Shown here: in pieces, positions 14,401 through 27,149 of the stretch
Layout of the letters: each line of letters starts with the position of its first letter
Position numbering within the stretch: the first letter of the stretch is position 1
Source of the DNA: Tubiluchus corallicola
Lineage: Eukaryota > Animalia > Priapulida
Length of the DNA: 64,000 nt
Reading direction: 5' to 3'
Assembly: GCA_030141605.1 (NCBI GenBank)
Contig: JAQGDQ010000068.1
Coordinates: forward strand, 62,001-126,000
The notes under the pieces: generated by a model
Database searches by the model: none
The model's input: the letters and a program-made list of their open reading frames with translations, nothing else
Told to the model about the DNA's origin: nothing
Made by a program: the position numbers and the translations under genes

Positions 14401-16589
14401 CACGATTCCATAACGACGATGTCGTCGTGCATCTGCTACGAAAATCAATAGATATCCAAATCAGTTTATAAAGTAGTTTGTTCGTAGTATTGTTACAAAT
14501 AATTGACATCGAATGTTCCATTAGGAGTTTGTAGAAGTATGTTTTCAAAACTTTTTGGCCTTGCCGCGTATGATTTGGCCGGAAGATTCCATAATTTAAT
14601 TTGCTCGCGCATGTGCATGTGCATTCATGCATGAACAACTCATAGACTAGCCTGTAGCCATCTCTTTAATTTGAATCCATGTCAACTGGTTTGTGATCAA
14701 AGAAGATTTTGTTGCATTGTCGAAATACATTTAATTGAAAGTCCCCGTGGTCATTTTCTGTGTATGGATAGAATATATGAGTTTTAGATGAGACTTGTAT
14801 ATGAGAAAAATACATTTGTTTGAAATTTTCGCGATTTTTGATAATCTGGAAGTAGAAGATAATTGGACATGCAGCGTTTTCTGCGGAAAAATTTGGTCGA
14901 ACAATCACTTTAATTTATTAGATCTATAAAATCCATTTATGTAAGAGTTTAAAATGTAAACTCTAGACTAAACACGGCACCCTGTAACCTGGAACCTCGA
15001 TTGCTTCTTGGTGGATGCTCCATTACGTTTTTTGTTCATGAGGTGGCGTAAAGTGAGAGTTCAACAACGACAAACAATAACACATAACTGCTAATAATAG
15101 TACGTAAACCATTAGCAAGGTGATCATTGCGCTACATGCCCTAATTAAAATCAAAATGGATTCATGCATGATTACAAATAAATATTAGTATTTATACTGC
15201 GTTTTACTGAAGGCTGTCTGGTTTACGGACCTATTGTCTCATGGACTTTTTGACAATTGACATCTAGTCATGTACTTTATGGGTTGTATTGACAAATGGT
15301 GAAACTGCAGACTTTTGTGCTATTCTCTTTTGTAGATTAAACCACTTTTTGACCGTGACATCGATAATTGAAGATCGAACACCTCATGCAAAGACGTTTC
15401 AGAATGTCACTTAGCTGGGCGGAAATGCATTTAACACTCGGAATTCTTTAGTTGGACCTAAATTATCGTATTTTGACGTTTCATTGCTCCTCGTTGAGAT
15501 CAGTCAGGAATCGATGATGGCTGCCGGGTGCTAGTCTCGTGTTTACTTAGCCAAGTTATTTGTGATGTCAAAAGTGGACCTAGTCAAATGAAAAACAGGG
15601 GGCACGCTGAAGCTGCTACACAAAAAAGCGACCCATTTTTTGTGCTCAAATGCAAATCGAACGTTAATTAATAAATTAAAGAAAGATCAACAGATATTAT
15701 TTCGGTTTGAAGTTTGTTAAATAAGGGCATAAAACCGTAGATGGATTAGCTTAATTTGACAGTTTTATTTAACGGATTCGCCATTTTTATAAAATGCGTA
15801 CACGGCTTCATCACACTTCACAGCAACGCAGGGCAGAGGCTGTCATACGCAAGTCATCATAATCATATTTATGAAGTGTGACTACACAGCGTGGCTGCTC
15901 ATGTGGTTTCCTACAAATTGCTGTCGTTCATTAAATTTACCAGAATGAAGCAGTTAAATGCACTCCTCTGCGATCATCGAATGGTGAATAAGAAATTATC
16001 AGCTATCGAGGCCAAATTTTGTCTATAACTTACTTTTTATGTAAGATAAAATGTACTCTCTTTGCCCCGTTAAAAATCTTGTTTAAAACGACAGCGCAAA
16101 GAGTTCAAATAGATTCCCTTTAAATAAAAGCGTAGCTAAGTTTCCGTTTATTATGGCAGACAAGGTTGAAGGGGAAATAGTAGAAATGTATATCCTATTC
16201 ACAGCAAGACCGTTTGCTTCTATATTTCGGCTTATTTAATCCGATTTGTAACTATAACAAAATTATATGTAGTGCTAAAAAATTTATAGCAATAGACTAG
16301 CTAAGCGATCACAGGAATCAAGATAAACATATCGGTAGTTCATAGTTCATCATTTACCATAATTTCTCTCAATTTCATGCAATCGTGCTTAGTACGTACA
16401 CCAACTAATTATTTTTCAATTAGAAATGTTCATCCAGCGGTTTTTTACATAAACCTAGATTGAGTCTTAGATTTAGGTGTCAATTAACATGCTTTGCATA
16501 AATGATAACAGGCTGTTATCTGAGATCGCAAACGCATTCTACTTTTTTCTGCTATGCTGCTATATATAGGCCATTTGTTGTTCTTGCAG

Positions 16590-16766
16590 GTCAAAGAAGA
16601 TTGGCAGTACATCGCCATGGTGATCGACCGTTTGCTCTTATACATCTTTTTCGCCGTCACTGCCAGCGGAACCCTCGGCCTTATCCTCAACGCAGAAAAC
16701 ATTTTTGAGTACATCGACCAGAAAGAAGTTATCAATCAAATTAGTCGAGGAGAGCCAGCTACATGA
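16590..16766 (+). CDS. nAChR non-alpha (beta1-like) subunit, last exon (M4)
   Basis: Acceptor ttcttgcag at 16588-16589, phase 0. VKEDWQYIAMVIDRLLLYIFFAVTASGTLGLIL...TGA. Confidence 0.95.
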   Translation, partial: VKEDWQYIAMVIDRLLLYIFFAVTASGTLGLILNAENIFEYIDQKEVINQISRGEPAT

Positions 16767-17093
16767 GTGTCGTTTGACTGTCTCAACCTGGCCTCACTTG
16801 TTGCCAAGTGTTCTGCCTAAAATCTTAACGAGAACCAAGGCAGTTTCAGGAAGACGAAGTGTTATAATTTGATGGGTACAGCTTACCAAGAGCTTCCATT
16901 ATTATTGTGATGCTAACTACACATTACTCTGTCACCGCTGCAGAATGCTTTTGGATATTTCCAATGCATTTAATTATATTTATTGCGTCGATAACCAGAA
17001 CGACCAGTCTTTGGTAGTGAAGTTCAACAGAAGATGGCTGTTTTTATCGTTATATAAATGCCACTGCGAAAAGTAGGTCACGAAAAAGAAAAG

Positions 17094-17308
17094 TGACTGA
17101 CTAACTGATGACTGACTGACTGACTGGCTGACTGACTGACTGACTGACTGACTGACTGACTGACTGACTGACTGACTGACTGACTGACTGACTGACTGAC
17201 TGACTGACTGACTGACTGACTGACTGACTGACTGACTGACTGACTGACTGACTGACTGACTGACTCACTGACTCACTGACTCACTGACTCACTGACCGAC
17301 GGACTGAC
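17094..17308. repeat. (GACT)n tetranucleotide microsatellite, about 50 units, in the presumptive 3' UTR of the beta subunit
   Basis: Direct reading; lies between the stop (16766) and the first AATAAA I see (17595). Confidence 0.95.
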
Positions 17309-17594
17309 AAACTAACAAACTGCCATATGGCTTCCCAGCCAACATTATCTAGCTGGCCGATGGATTTACTGGTCGACTAACCGACTGCCTAACTGACTAA
17401 CTTATAGATTCGATCAATCACGCAATACTAAACGTACAACCTATTTCATTTAATGCGCAGCCTAGCGTCTTAGACACAGATATTTTTATTCTTATAAAAT
17501 TTTAACCATAGATCTAAGCTAGATGTTTCAGTTTTAGTTACGTTTCATGTTCATTTCGAATATAATTATCATTGTTACGTAATTTTTTTTAATC

Positions 17595-17600
17595 AATAAA
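17595..17600 (+). promoter_or_regulatory. Candidate polyadenylation signal of the beta-subunit gene
   Basis: First AATAAA seen after the stop codon; others at ~17615 and 18191. AT-rich context weakens the call. Confidence 0.35.
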
Positions 17601-18293
17601 TGGGAAGGCGTGAAAATAAATCAGCAATTCTTTACCAAATCAGCAAAACGATTTTTATGATGCATAACATTATCTTACCTCGGAACGTTTGTTAACATTT
17701 CTTCTTTTGTGAATCCAAGCTGTACTCGATCACTTTTTTATTAGACTATGATTGTTCCTTTTTCGGTAACATTTATGTTATAGAAGTGGATAATGTTGTA
17801 AATGTAACTGTATAGTTGGTTATATTACATATTTGTCGTGATTTTTTACAATCTTGCGTTGCAAAATGTTTTCAAGTAAATTTCGATACTTCTATATCAT
17901 AATATACTTCATCAAATGATATGATAATAACTTTTAGCACCCACAACTGAATGTCACATGCTTTTTCTTATGAACGTGAACGAATCTTGATATTATCAAA
18001 TAAGGAGAGCTTATCATTTGGAAGTGGGTCTTGCGTACTGGTCTTGCAAATTGTTCACGTATTCTGAACAAAAACTTAAAAATATGCTTTTGCTATTCGC
18101 ATCACACATTTATTATGTGGAAAATAATGGAATGTACAAGATATTCGATTTTCCGACGTTTTAGGTTTTGATAAAAACTTGCAAACTGTCAATAAATAAA
18201 AGAGAATTATAAGCTAATTTTCTCTTGATTTTTTCTATTAGATTTTTACATATCTAGGTAAACTAAGAATTATAGGAAAGATAATAGAGAATA

Positions 18294-18360
18294 TACTACT
18301 ACTACTGCTACTGCTACTGCTGCTACTACTAACACCACCACCGCCACCACCACTACTAAC
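18294..18360. repeat. Compound (CTA)/(CTG)/(CCA) trinucleotide repeat
   Basis: Direct reading. Confidence 0.8.
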
Positions 18361-19871
18361 TAGAAAAACAACATAAACTAACTTACGACAATTCTAAAGA
18401 GCTGTTACACGCATTTAACATTAGAAACCCAACTAATGGCCACCAATATATAGTAGTCATCTAACTGCGAATAAACACTATTTATTATCTGTCTGCCTGT
18501 CTGTCTGTTTATTGATTTTTATGTGTTTGAATGTTTGTGTTTTTGGCTGGCTAGTAGTTTGGTTGGCAGCTTGATTGGTTGGTTGTTTAGTTGGTTACCA
18601 AGTTGTTAATAGCATTGACGTTAAATTTTCTATGAAGCCCAGATGGCACTATCCTGCAACTAAAATTTTACAAACAAACTGTTTTAATAAGACCTTTTCT
18701 GCTGCAAATTCTGTCTTTTACAGTTCACGCCGAGAAAATTGCCGCCAAATTCTCTCACAAAGTACGTTTTTGCTTGAAACTAGTTAGGCTGTCGTACTGT
18801 ACTCTTTTAGCCACAACCCACAGTCGTAAAACGAATGGACTCGGGGCCAAGAAATAGCTATTGAATTGTTTAACTTGTAATTTCTTTTTAGAAACACTTA
18901 AAATTATTGTTAAACATTAATAACTGTTTGAAAAATAAGAATTACAATGTTTCAGCTTGTTGCTAAGCATAATTGAAACCTTTGCGGACATGAAGGGTTA
19001 AGGTAGACACGTGATTAGCGTAAGTATAGCTACTGATTCACAGGACAGCTGTGATCATCTCAAATTTAATCGACTCTAACAAGTCAGATCTGTCCGCTTT
19101 CCGGCTGCGACGGCGCGCAGTCGGTAATTTCGTAAGCCTAGGAGTTAATTCGTACCTCTGAGATTCTAAATTTCTCTAAATGCTCTTTATTAAACGGCAA
19201 AAGAAAGGCTGAGAGTTCAAGAGAGTGTTTGCTTCAAAGGGTAGCACCCCTGTGCAAATCACACACAGTTATTTTTCACAGTGGAGGTTACGAAAACATT
19301 TTCAAATAAGATTTTATGTGGAAGTAAAGGGTTGATGGCTGGCGATTTTAACCACTGAGGTGACCACATGTGGGCGTATACAATACACATTGAAGAAGCC
19401 AAATTTTATATGCTATAATTAATACTTAATTACAATCAAAGTCGAAAATTTACCACAAATCTGCTAATTAATTTTAACCATAAAGATCCTACTGAATTAT
19501 GTCAAGAACAAGAAACGTCTGTCGCGAGATATTTCTTCAAGCGTGTCTGAACCGAGCTGATTCTATGTCGGGACAGACAGTAGGGCTCCATATAGACATC
19601 GGCCAACATCTAAATGTTTTTAAGATTTCCAAAAAAAACTTATGCAGTTGGACAGATTTCAAAAACTGAATTGAAATCGTGCTAAGCACTGTAGTGGACC
19701 AGTAAAATAATTTCAAAACATTGGCAATGAATATTTCGATTATCAGCATTGTTACACTAGCACATTTTGAAGCTTAAAGAATGAAAAAGAATAAAACTAA
19801 GGGTAAAATTTCTCTAGTATTAATTTTTTAAAAATTAATAATTTGTTTTATGATCAACGTTTGGACAAATG

Positions 19872-20015
19872 AATGACGATGACGACAATGACAACGCGAC
19901 AACAACAAAGACAGCAATAGCCACAGCAACAGTAACAGCAGCAGTACCAGCAGCAGCAACAACAGCAGCAGCAACATCAACAACAACAACATCATCATCA
20001 TCAACAACAACAACA
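19872..20015. repeat. Degenerate (CAG)/(CAA)/(CAT) trinucleotide repeat
   Basis: Direct reading; explains the spurious poly-Leu ORF 19828-20064. Confidence 0.85.
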
Positions 20016-20599
20016 TTGTTATAAAGCTAATTATACAGAAAATAGTTTCCACTAATTTTTCCAAGATTCCTGGGAAAGGGAGTGTGCAGCCATAAATGAC
20101 TTCAAACGAATTAATTTCCTCGTTCGTGGTATTGACTGAAATTTGAAGGAAAATTATTTTATAATTGTTTTACTTTATTATAGCCCAGTACTAACAGTGT
20201 ATATGCGAGTAGACAGGAGCCGCAAGCCAAGAGCCTCCACAAGCTGGAGGATCTCCAAAGGTTACATGAAGCTATTTAGCTTTTTTCACCTGAAACTCAA
20301 TGCAACATTAATAGTAAATGCACAACACAAATAAAAAAAACAGCTTAACAAACGCCATCAATCGTCGTCTTGTTGTAAACCGCCGAGTGAAATGAAAACC
20401 CGCCTTTTCCCGACCCGCTACTAAATTCTGACTATTAACTTTTTTGTCAAAAGATTATTGCACTTTGTTTTATCCACACGTGTGGTCAGATTCTAGCCAC
20501 TGCACTAGTCTAATGCATTGTGGAAGTGCCGCAACTTTAGAAATGTTTTAATGGGCATTTAATGTGTCAATTTTTATTACAGGCACTTGAATACATTTT

Positions 20600-21150
20600 T
20601 AGCTAAAGACAACACAACTTTATTAAAGCTTTTACATTAAAAAGTTAAAATCATGCAAAACGTTTCGACAGGCTGCTGCTGTCATCATCAGCGGTAATTT
20701 TTTCGTCTTTCGTCTTAGAATTGGCAAAAAATAAAAAAATTCTCCTCAATCCAGCATTAATTAACATATTTGCGCCTCTGGCCACAAAGCTGATCTTAAT
20801 AATTTTGGCAGTGTGACCAGAGCTACAAATAACTGGGACTTATTAATAAAAGAAAGCTTATCTATGTACCTTAAGTAAGCCTTCTCTTTATGTACAAAGC
20901 AGTTTAATTCCTTTAACTTTATTTTCAAATACTTAGCTATTTGTTACTGTATCAATTTCTTTTCCTGTCATTACTATTTTACTTTTGTAAATGCATAATT
21001 AGTGCTTAAGTTACTGTATCAATTTCTTTATCGGTGTACTTATTCATTACCTACTTGACTTTTTTAACTACTTAATTAGTGCATAATAAGCTTTGCCTGT
21101 ATAAACTGGTTGTATGTTTGTAAATTTACCACTGATGATGACAGCAGCGG
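20600..21150 (+). mobile_element. Penelope-like element remnant: GIY-YIG endonuclease C-terminus flanked by inverted pseudo-LTR pieces
   Basis: From 20750, + strand: SSIN*HICASGHKADLNNFGSVTRATNNWDLLIKESL...(frameshift)PSLYVQSSLIPLTLF, typical of the PLE GIY-YIG C-terminus. The segment ttacc(a/g)ctgatgatgacagcagc occurs at ~21126-21148 (+) and inverted at ~20675-20697. Confidence 0.75.
20655..20697 (-). ncRNA. Minimal type I hammerhead ribozyme motif (Penelope pLTR type), stem I degenerate
   Basis: Minus strand reads accg CTGATGA t GACAG cagcagc CTGTC GAAA CG TT: both core boxes, a 5-bp stem II and a palindromic ACGU helix III. Confidence 0.6.
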
Positions 21151-23032
21151 CACTAATTTAATCCCTCACTGGCTCATTGAACAATAGCACACAAAAATTG
21201 TTTTCCCATTGCCTACAGCCTACATAGATTTAATGAGCGAGCACAGAAATATGCTACAAGGGTGTTCAATTGATTTAACAAGAACTGTAACAGACACTTC
21301 ATATCACTTAAATTGTTAATTTGTGAGACAATTATTGTTTATTGTCTTTCTGGACCTATCGTCATATTTTCATTTCCTATACTTTGAGTGACCACTGGCC
21401 ACTTTGGGGTAATTTAATGTTTTTACGATGAGAGTGAATCTCGTCTTCGCACAGTCAAAATACCGCAGCAACAACGAAACAACGACGCTTAATGTAATTA
21501 AAGAGACATATTAAAGCGGATCAATATCAAAACTACATTTGACATATTTAACGAAAGAAGATTGACGACTAAAATGATCTTACAATGTTCATCATACGTT
21601 CTTACGATGTCTGTAATCAGAAGGACTTTGGTATTCTTACTATTCCACCGTATGAGCCTCAGATGCTAAAAGAGAAAATTTAGGAAGTTACGTATTAGAA
21701 ATAGGTGCACTTTTGAGTATTTTTTCTTCATCAACATGTTATATGGCTGTGTTTATCTGTGTTTGACAGTGTTTGTACAGCCTGAGTGCACGGGACAGTG
21801 GCAGGCGTGACTAGAAAACTAAATAATAAGAAACTCAGAAGCGGGCTTGTATAGCACCCCCATCAATACCCTAAACTTAGGAAACTTGTGTCAAAGCTCT
21901 CAGTTTCATTAAAAATTGAAGTATTGTGCATTGCAGCTTCCTCTCTAACTGAAAACTGAAAGAATTCACCAGAGCCATGTTAACGATCACAATTCACCGA
22001 AAGGGGCCTGTAAGCATGTACGATGTGGTGAAAATTAAGTATAACCTACAGGCTGCAGATTCATAGAATGCCATTTTCAACAGGAAATTATTTATGTGTG
22101 CAGTGCTGTGGTAAAAGCAATGCCACACCTTACGTATGGCAATATCATTTGCGTGCTTAGCACAGTAGCCCAATTTACTCTTCCTGGTTGTTCACATTCA
22201 TAAAAATCACTACCTCATTAAAGACAAATTAATACCCGACAGGAACGAGTTTGCTTCAGAGAAACACAGTTGTTTTTGCACGCTTTAAATTTGCTTTGCG
22301 TGAGCAAAAACGGCAAAAAATTATTGTAGCAGACAAAATTCATTATAAGCTAATAAACAGTTACTCTTATGAGTTTTGGGCGAGTATAAAAAAGGAAACA
22401 AATGAGAAAATCCCCTTTCCTCCGAAAATACTGTGAAATCACAGGGGAGAAAGCCATTTGCGACATTTGGGGCGACTATTGCAAGGACATTTTGAAATCT
22501 GTAAATAATTGTGACATTGCAGCTAAGTTAGAAGAAAAATTAAATAGCGACACCGAAGCTGTGATTTCCGTCACAGTAAGTGAAAGTGCAAGATGCCATT
22601 TCTAAATTGTCTTTGCGCAAGTCGGCTGGACATGACGCCATTAAATCCGAACATTTTAGAAAGGCAGCTCATATGCTAGCAGTTTCACCAACACTTTTCT
22701 ATAGCTCCTGCGTAACACACAGTTTTTCGCCAGATAAACTGATGCTGTCAGTGATTATTCAATTGTATAAGTCAAGAATAAGGAAATCACAAGTAATTAC
22801 AGGCCGATAGCATTCTCCACAATGTCAAGAAAACTTCCAGAAATCTTGTTGTTAAACCGCTATTTACTTTCGAGGACGCCAAACCAATTTGGTTACGTTA
22901 ATAAATATGCACAATTAGATGCCTGTACACCACGAAAAAGGTTACTCATTGTTACGTTCAACAGGATAGTCCAGATCACATTTTATATTTAAATGCGTCA
23001 GTGCCGTTTAATTTTCCAAAAACTTTTATTTT

Positions 23033-23072
23033 CCCAGAAGCTTTCGTACTTCACGGACTTCGTCAGCTGAAG
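23033..23072 (-). ncRNA. Minimal type I hammerhead ribozyme motif, left arm of the palindrome
   Basis: Minus strand: cttcag CTGACGA a GTCC gtgaa GTAC GAAA GC TT ctggg. Stem I ttcag/ctggg (two GU pairs), stem II with one mismatch, palindromic AGCU helix III, predicted cleavage after CUU. Confidence 0.7.
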
Positions 23073-23118
23073 CTACTTGTATGGCCTACATCTTGAAAGA
23101 TCTAAGCCATACATTTAA

Positions 23119-23160
23119 CTTCAGCTGACGAAGTCCGTGAAGGACGGAAGGCCTTGGAAA
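23119..23160 (+). ncRNA. Hammerhead motif, right arm of the palindrome (GAAA box degenerate)
   Basis: cttcag CTGACGA a GTCC gtgaa GGAC GGAA ggccttggaaa: perfect stem II, but the GAAA box and helix III are mutated. Confidence 0.5.
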
Positions 23161-26100
23161 AATAAAAGTTTTTTTAAAATTTAAAGGGCACTTTGTTTTC
23201 TTTATGATTACTATAAATTGTTCTTAAAGCTAACAGACACTGATTTTCCAAATATTGACATTCGTTTACTGACGTTTTATTATTCACCTCAAAACATGTT
23301 AGTTGGGTGGGAAAACTTTAAATCTGTAATATTTAGGGTCGGAAATGGGGTTCGTCAAGGCGCGAAATCAATACTTTCGTGACTTAAACTCAACAGGTTT
23401 TGGCTGCCAAAGGGGAAATGGGTACGTTCTATCACCTGATATTTGCAGACGATGGGTACTTGTTAGGCTCGACTACAACAGCTTTACAAATTCTAGCAGG
23501 TATATATGCCCGCTGCGCTGACAAACATAAGATGTATTAAAGACATACATTGTTATAAATGTTGGAAAAACGAAACTTTTAACTGTGTCAGTTCAGTTTA
23601 AGGTGAATTATTGTAGCAGCGTTATTTGTCGGTGAGTATTGAGAAGTAGCTTAGCCACATAATTTCCAGAAATAATAGGGGTGATATTGCTAATGTAAAT
23701 AATAATGTTACATACTTTGATGAAATGCATAAAATTGCTTACAGTTTATATATAAGAGAAATGTGTAGTTCTAATACCCTAATTAAAACTTTATCCGAAA
23801 ATGAAATGACTTTTACTTCCAACATGAAAAAACAGTTAGGGAAATTATTATTATTATAGGAATTATAGGTAGATTAGGTCAATAGTGTTGTATTAGACAT
23901 ATTTTGGTGATGATCATCGTATGATAATTTATTATTGTGTTAAAATCGCAGAAATAATCAATTTTATGACATGCTGCCTGTTGGTCTAGTCGGGCGTGCA
24001 TTGAACATCATCAACAAACTATCTACAAGGGCTTCCACACCTTGTTGGATGTCTTCAGGCATTTTGTCTTATTACATGTTTGAATCTATGCACAAAACTT
24101 CAGACCTCTTCAAGAAACTATTGTAGCAGACTATGAAGCACTCGCAATCGTATATACACGCTGTGTATGGTTCAGCTAAATTCAAAAGACGAACGAGTTG
24201 AAGGAGAAAGATTTTATTTGTTTAACTGTTTATTGTTGTTGAAAATGAAAACGCGTAAGAAATACCACTTCATAAGCTGTCTATTCTGCAAGCATAATGA
24301 CAGCATAAATTCGAGATGTATGAGAAATTTAAAACGAGATGTATTATTGTTGGCGGCGTTGCAAACACTTCTTCGTGTAATGATGTTACCATAACATTTT
24401 TTAATTATGAGTACGTCACTCATGCATCGTATATGTGTGCAATGAAAACGGCATACTTCATTTCACTGTGATCGCTCGAAAAGCTGCTTAATATAGGGTC
24501 AGGCGTAGAATTAATAAAAAAAACGATATTGCATTATCAGTTGCTTTTTCGCCCTCTCGTGAGTTAAATAGGTCAAACTTTGTGTTGCACTGACCGAAGA
24601 TGTTTTTGTTGGATACAATGATTTGATATTTATGAGAACGATAACTTTTTACTTTGTGTATATTAATTATTTTACTGTTTTTAGCCTAATCTTTTCTAGT
24701 TAATATGTCAGTAATTAATTTATATTGTAATCATGCGACTCATTACGTGATTTTAACTTAGAAACTTTTTGGTACGGAGGAGCTTTTACTATATTAAACC
24801 ACGCATTTACTTTTAATCGTGTCTGCCATGGATGTTTGTAAAATCTATGTTTATTTTTATATTTATCAGCCTATATCAAACTATATTTACCATCAAATTT
24901 TTATATTCATCTGGATCTACGGATAATGTAATAAGCTGTGTTCCGTCCGCGACACAACCATTCAATATTAGTGAGTGTTTGGCTCAGTGCTATATTCAGG
25001 CTTAGAGTCTGCCGAACTGTATAAAAAATAATTTTGCACTGCAGCTAACACAGTGAAGTCGCCTGTATATTGTCTATAATTGTACTGTTATTAACGTTTT
25101 TACTGGAGAATATTGGCCTGCAGGCGGCAAGTAAGCAGTTTAGTGCACTAGTAGGCACATCAGGCAAACAAGAGGCTTACAGGCGTTTGGTTTTTGCTTT
25201 ATTTTCGCTTATTACGTTCAATACATTTTTCAAGCGGACCAGTTTGATGGATGAAAGCAATTTCGTTACTAGCGTGCAAAATAAATAGTGTTCTGTGGCT
25301 TTTTTTGTGGAAAGATTATTTAGCTATTTAGTTATATATTTAGTTATTATGTCTGTAGAAAGTGATCGAGTTGCATTTTGTGAAATATAATCAATGAAAC
25401 AATGTTCAATTTCACTGGAGAATTATTTTGCATTAAAAGATTCAAATTTCAAAAATGTCAATCGTTTGAAGTCTTACCAGCTACTGTTCTAGGAGAAACC
25501 ATCGGATATCCTTGGCAAATAAGTTTAGACAACTACATAGGATACTTTGCTGCGCATAATACTGCTCTACAGTTACGCAACTGTGCATTAGAGGCTTGAT
25601 TATATATAGCTTCTATAAAGGGTAGTGACATTATGGACATGTCAACTTAAGCTAGATCAGCAGCTCCGGCTCAAGTTATATTTTCGTCTCGTAGCAGCAA
25701 ACGTATAATATCATAAAAACAGTGACAGAAAAATCGACAACAACAACGACCGGTGCAAACCGATCAATTTCTGAATTTTTTTGCGATATCCTGGTGGTTC
25801 CAAATGATTTATAATATCTAAAGACACTTTTGCATATTGTAGCATTAGTGAAAACACCAAACTAGAAAGCAAGACAGTGTACAAAGTAAAAGACGGATAG
25901 TGCGAGAAAGATAGAATAGGATGTAGAAAGAGAGAGATGGAGAGAGAGAAAAGGGGGGCAGAGAAAGAAAGGTGAATGGAAGAGAGACTAAGAAGGTTTC
26001 ATCAATTGTTTTACGTCGTTGTGCGGTTGCCTTTGCACTCAACAAAATGGTCGTCCCCCACATTAATTATGCAAAGCTGAGCATTATAGGGTATTCACGG

Positions 26101-26519
26101 AGTAAATTAAAAGAGTGATGAATCAGCTTGCTCATGAATATTTTCCAGACATGCCAAAGAACAAAATTCGATTAGGCTAGAGCAAATGCTGCATGTCAAA
26201 GTTTTGCTGATGCAAATGTTTCTGAAATGTAACATGGAATGGAAAGTCAAATCTAGCCTGTTATCTAGAAGACTGTAATTTTGCCTAAAAGCACGAAGTA
26301 TAAAATAGATACTTAATTTAAATTAGACAAACAGTTTATACGGATGGTTCTGTTATTATATTCTGGAATTTTTTAGAACTTTTTATATGAGTTCAAAATG
26401 AGCAAAGTGCAAAATTTGGTCGACGATTGCATTTTGTCTTTAGCCATTTTCATTTTTGATATTTGACTTAGCTGAAGGTGGCAAGGAAAGAGAAAGACAG
26501 AGGGGAGAGAAAAAAAGAA

Positions 26520-26526
26520 GAGAGAG

Positions 26527-26610
<84 letters not shown>
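26520..26610. repeat. (GA)n microsatellite
   Basis: Direct reading; explains the SLSL ORF 26373-26687. Confidence 0.95.
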
Positions 26611-26612
<2 letters not shown>

Positions 26613-27149
26613 ATAGTACGTAGATAGATAAGCGGCTGACAAACTACTAATGGAAAACAGGTAGCAGACAGACAAGAAATCGGGCAAACATCTACAAATA
26701 GGAACTCAGCGCGTTGTTCTCACATTAAATAGTAATTAGCGAAGTCAATATTTCATGACCACTGCATACTTTTAATAACACCCGCACATCTTCTTCAATC
26801 CGTGATTGAGAGCACTGTAAAAGGAGTTGTTGGCTATACAGTAAGGTGTGATACATTCAGACACATTGTTGCTACCATTTTGTGCAAGTTTCACAGTATC
26901 ATCACTTTATGGACAGGTATTTGTTATTTGTTTACGTCATTGCCGCCACATTTTAGGTCTTTTTGTATGCTCCCATTTTGATTACAATGACTGGGCGAGT
27001 TTTAAACAGACGTAACAGCCGAAGCTAGCATCATATTCGAACTCATTGTCTATGTATTGTAACGACAGTAGTTTAATGCAATCTTACGCTACTGATGTGA
27101 TTTGTTGAAAGTACTTCATTTTATCGAGATTACGGGAGTCTATGTCACA

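Larger units (their letters stand above)
23000..23192. repeat. ~190 bp imperfect palindrome (two inverted pLTR-like arms) inserted in the LINE RT
   Basis: agtgcc...aacttttatttt...cttcacggacttcgtcagctgaag...tgtatggc / gccataca...cttcagctgacgaagtccgtgaag...aaaataaaagtt...ggcact; centre near 23095. Confidence 0.92.
22200..23600 (+). mobile_element. Decayed LINE ORF2 (reverse transcriptase) with stops and frameshifts
   Basis: Ordered RT-region motifs: KLSLRKSAGHDAIKSEHF, NYRPIA, NQFGY, LNAS (DASKAFD position), KLFLKL, FRVGNGVRQG, HLIFADDG. Boundaries approximate. Confidence 0.8.

Noticed and set aside
18680-18982. Possible TTAA-flanked piggyBac-like MITE ending in aagggttaa
   Set aside because: The left terminus matches too poorly to call.
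26373-26687. 104-aa SL-repeat ORF (likewise 19828-20064, 36294-36782 and 55408-55677)
   Set aside because: Translations of microsatellite or low-complexity DNA.
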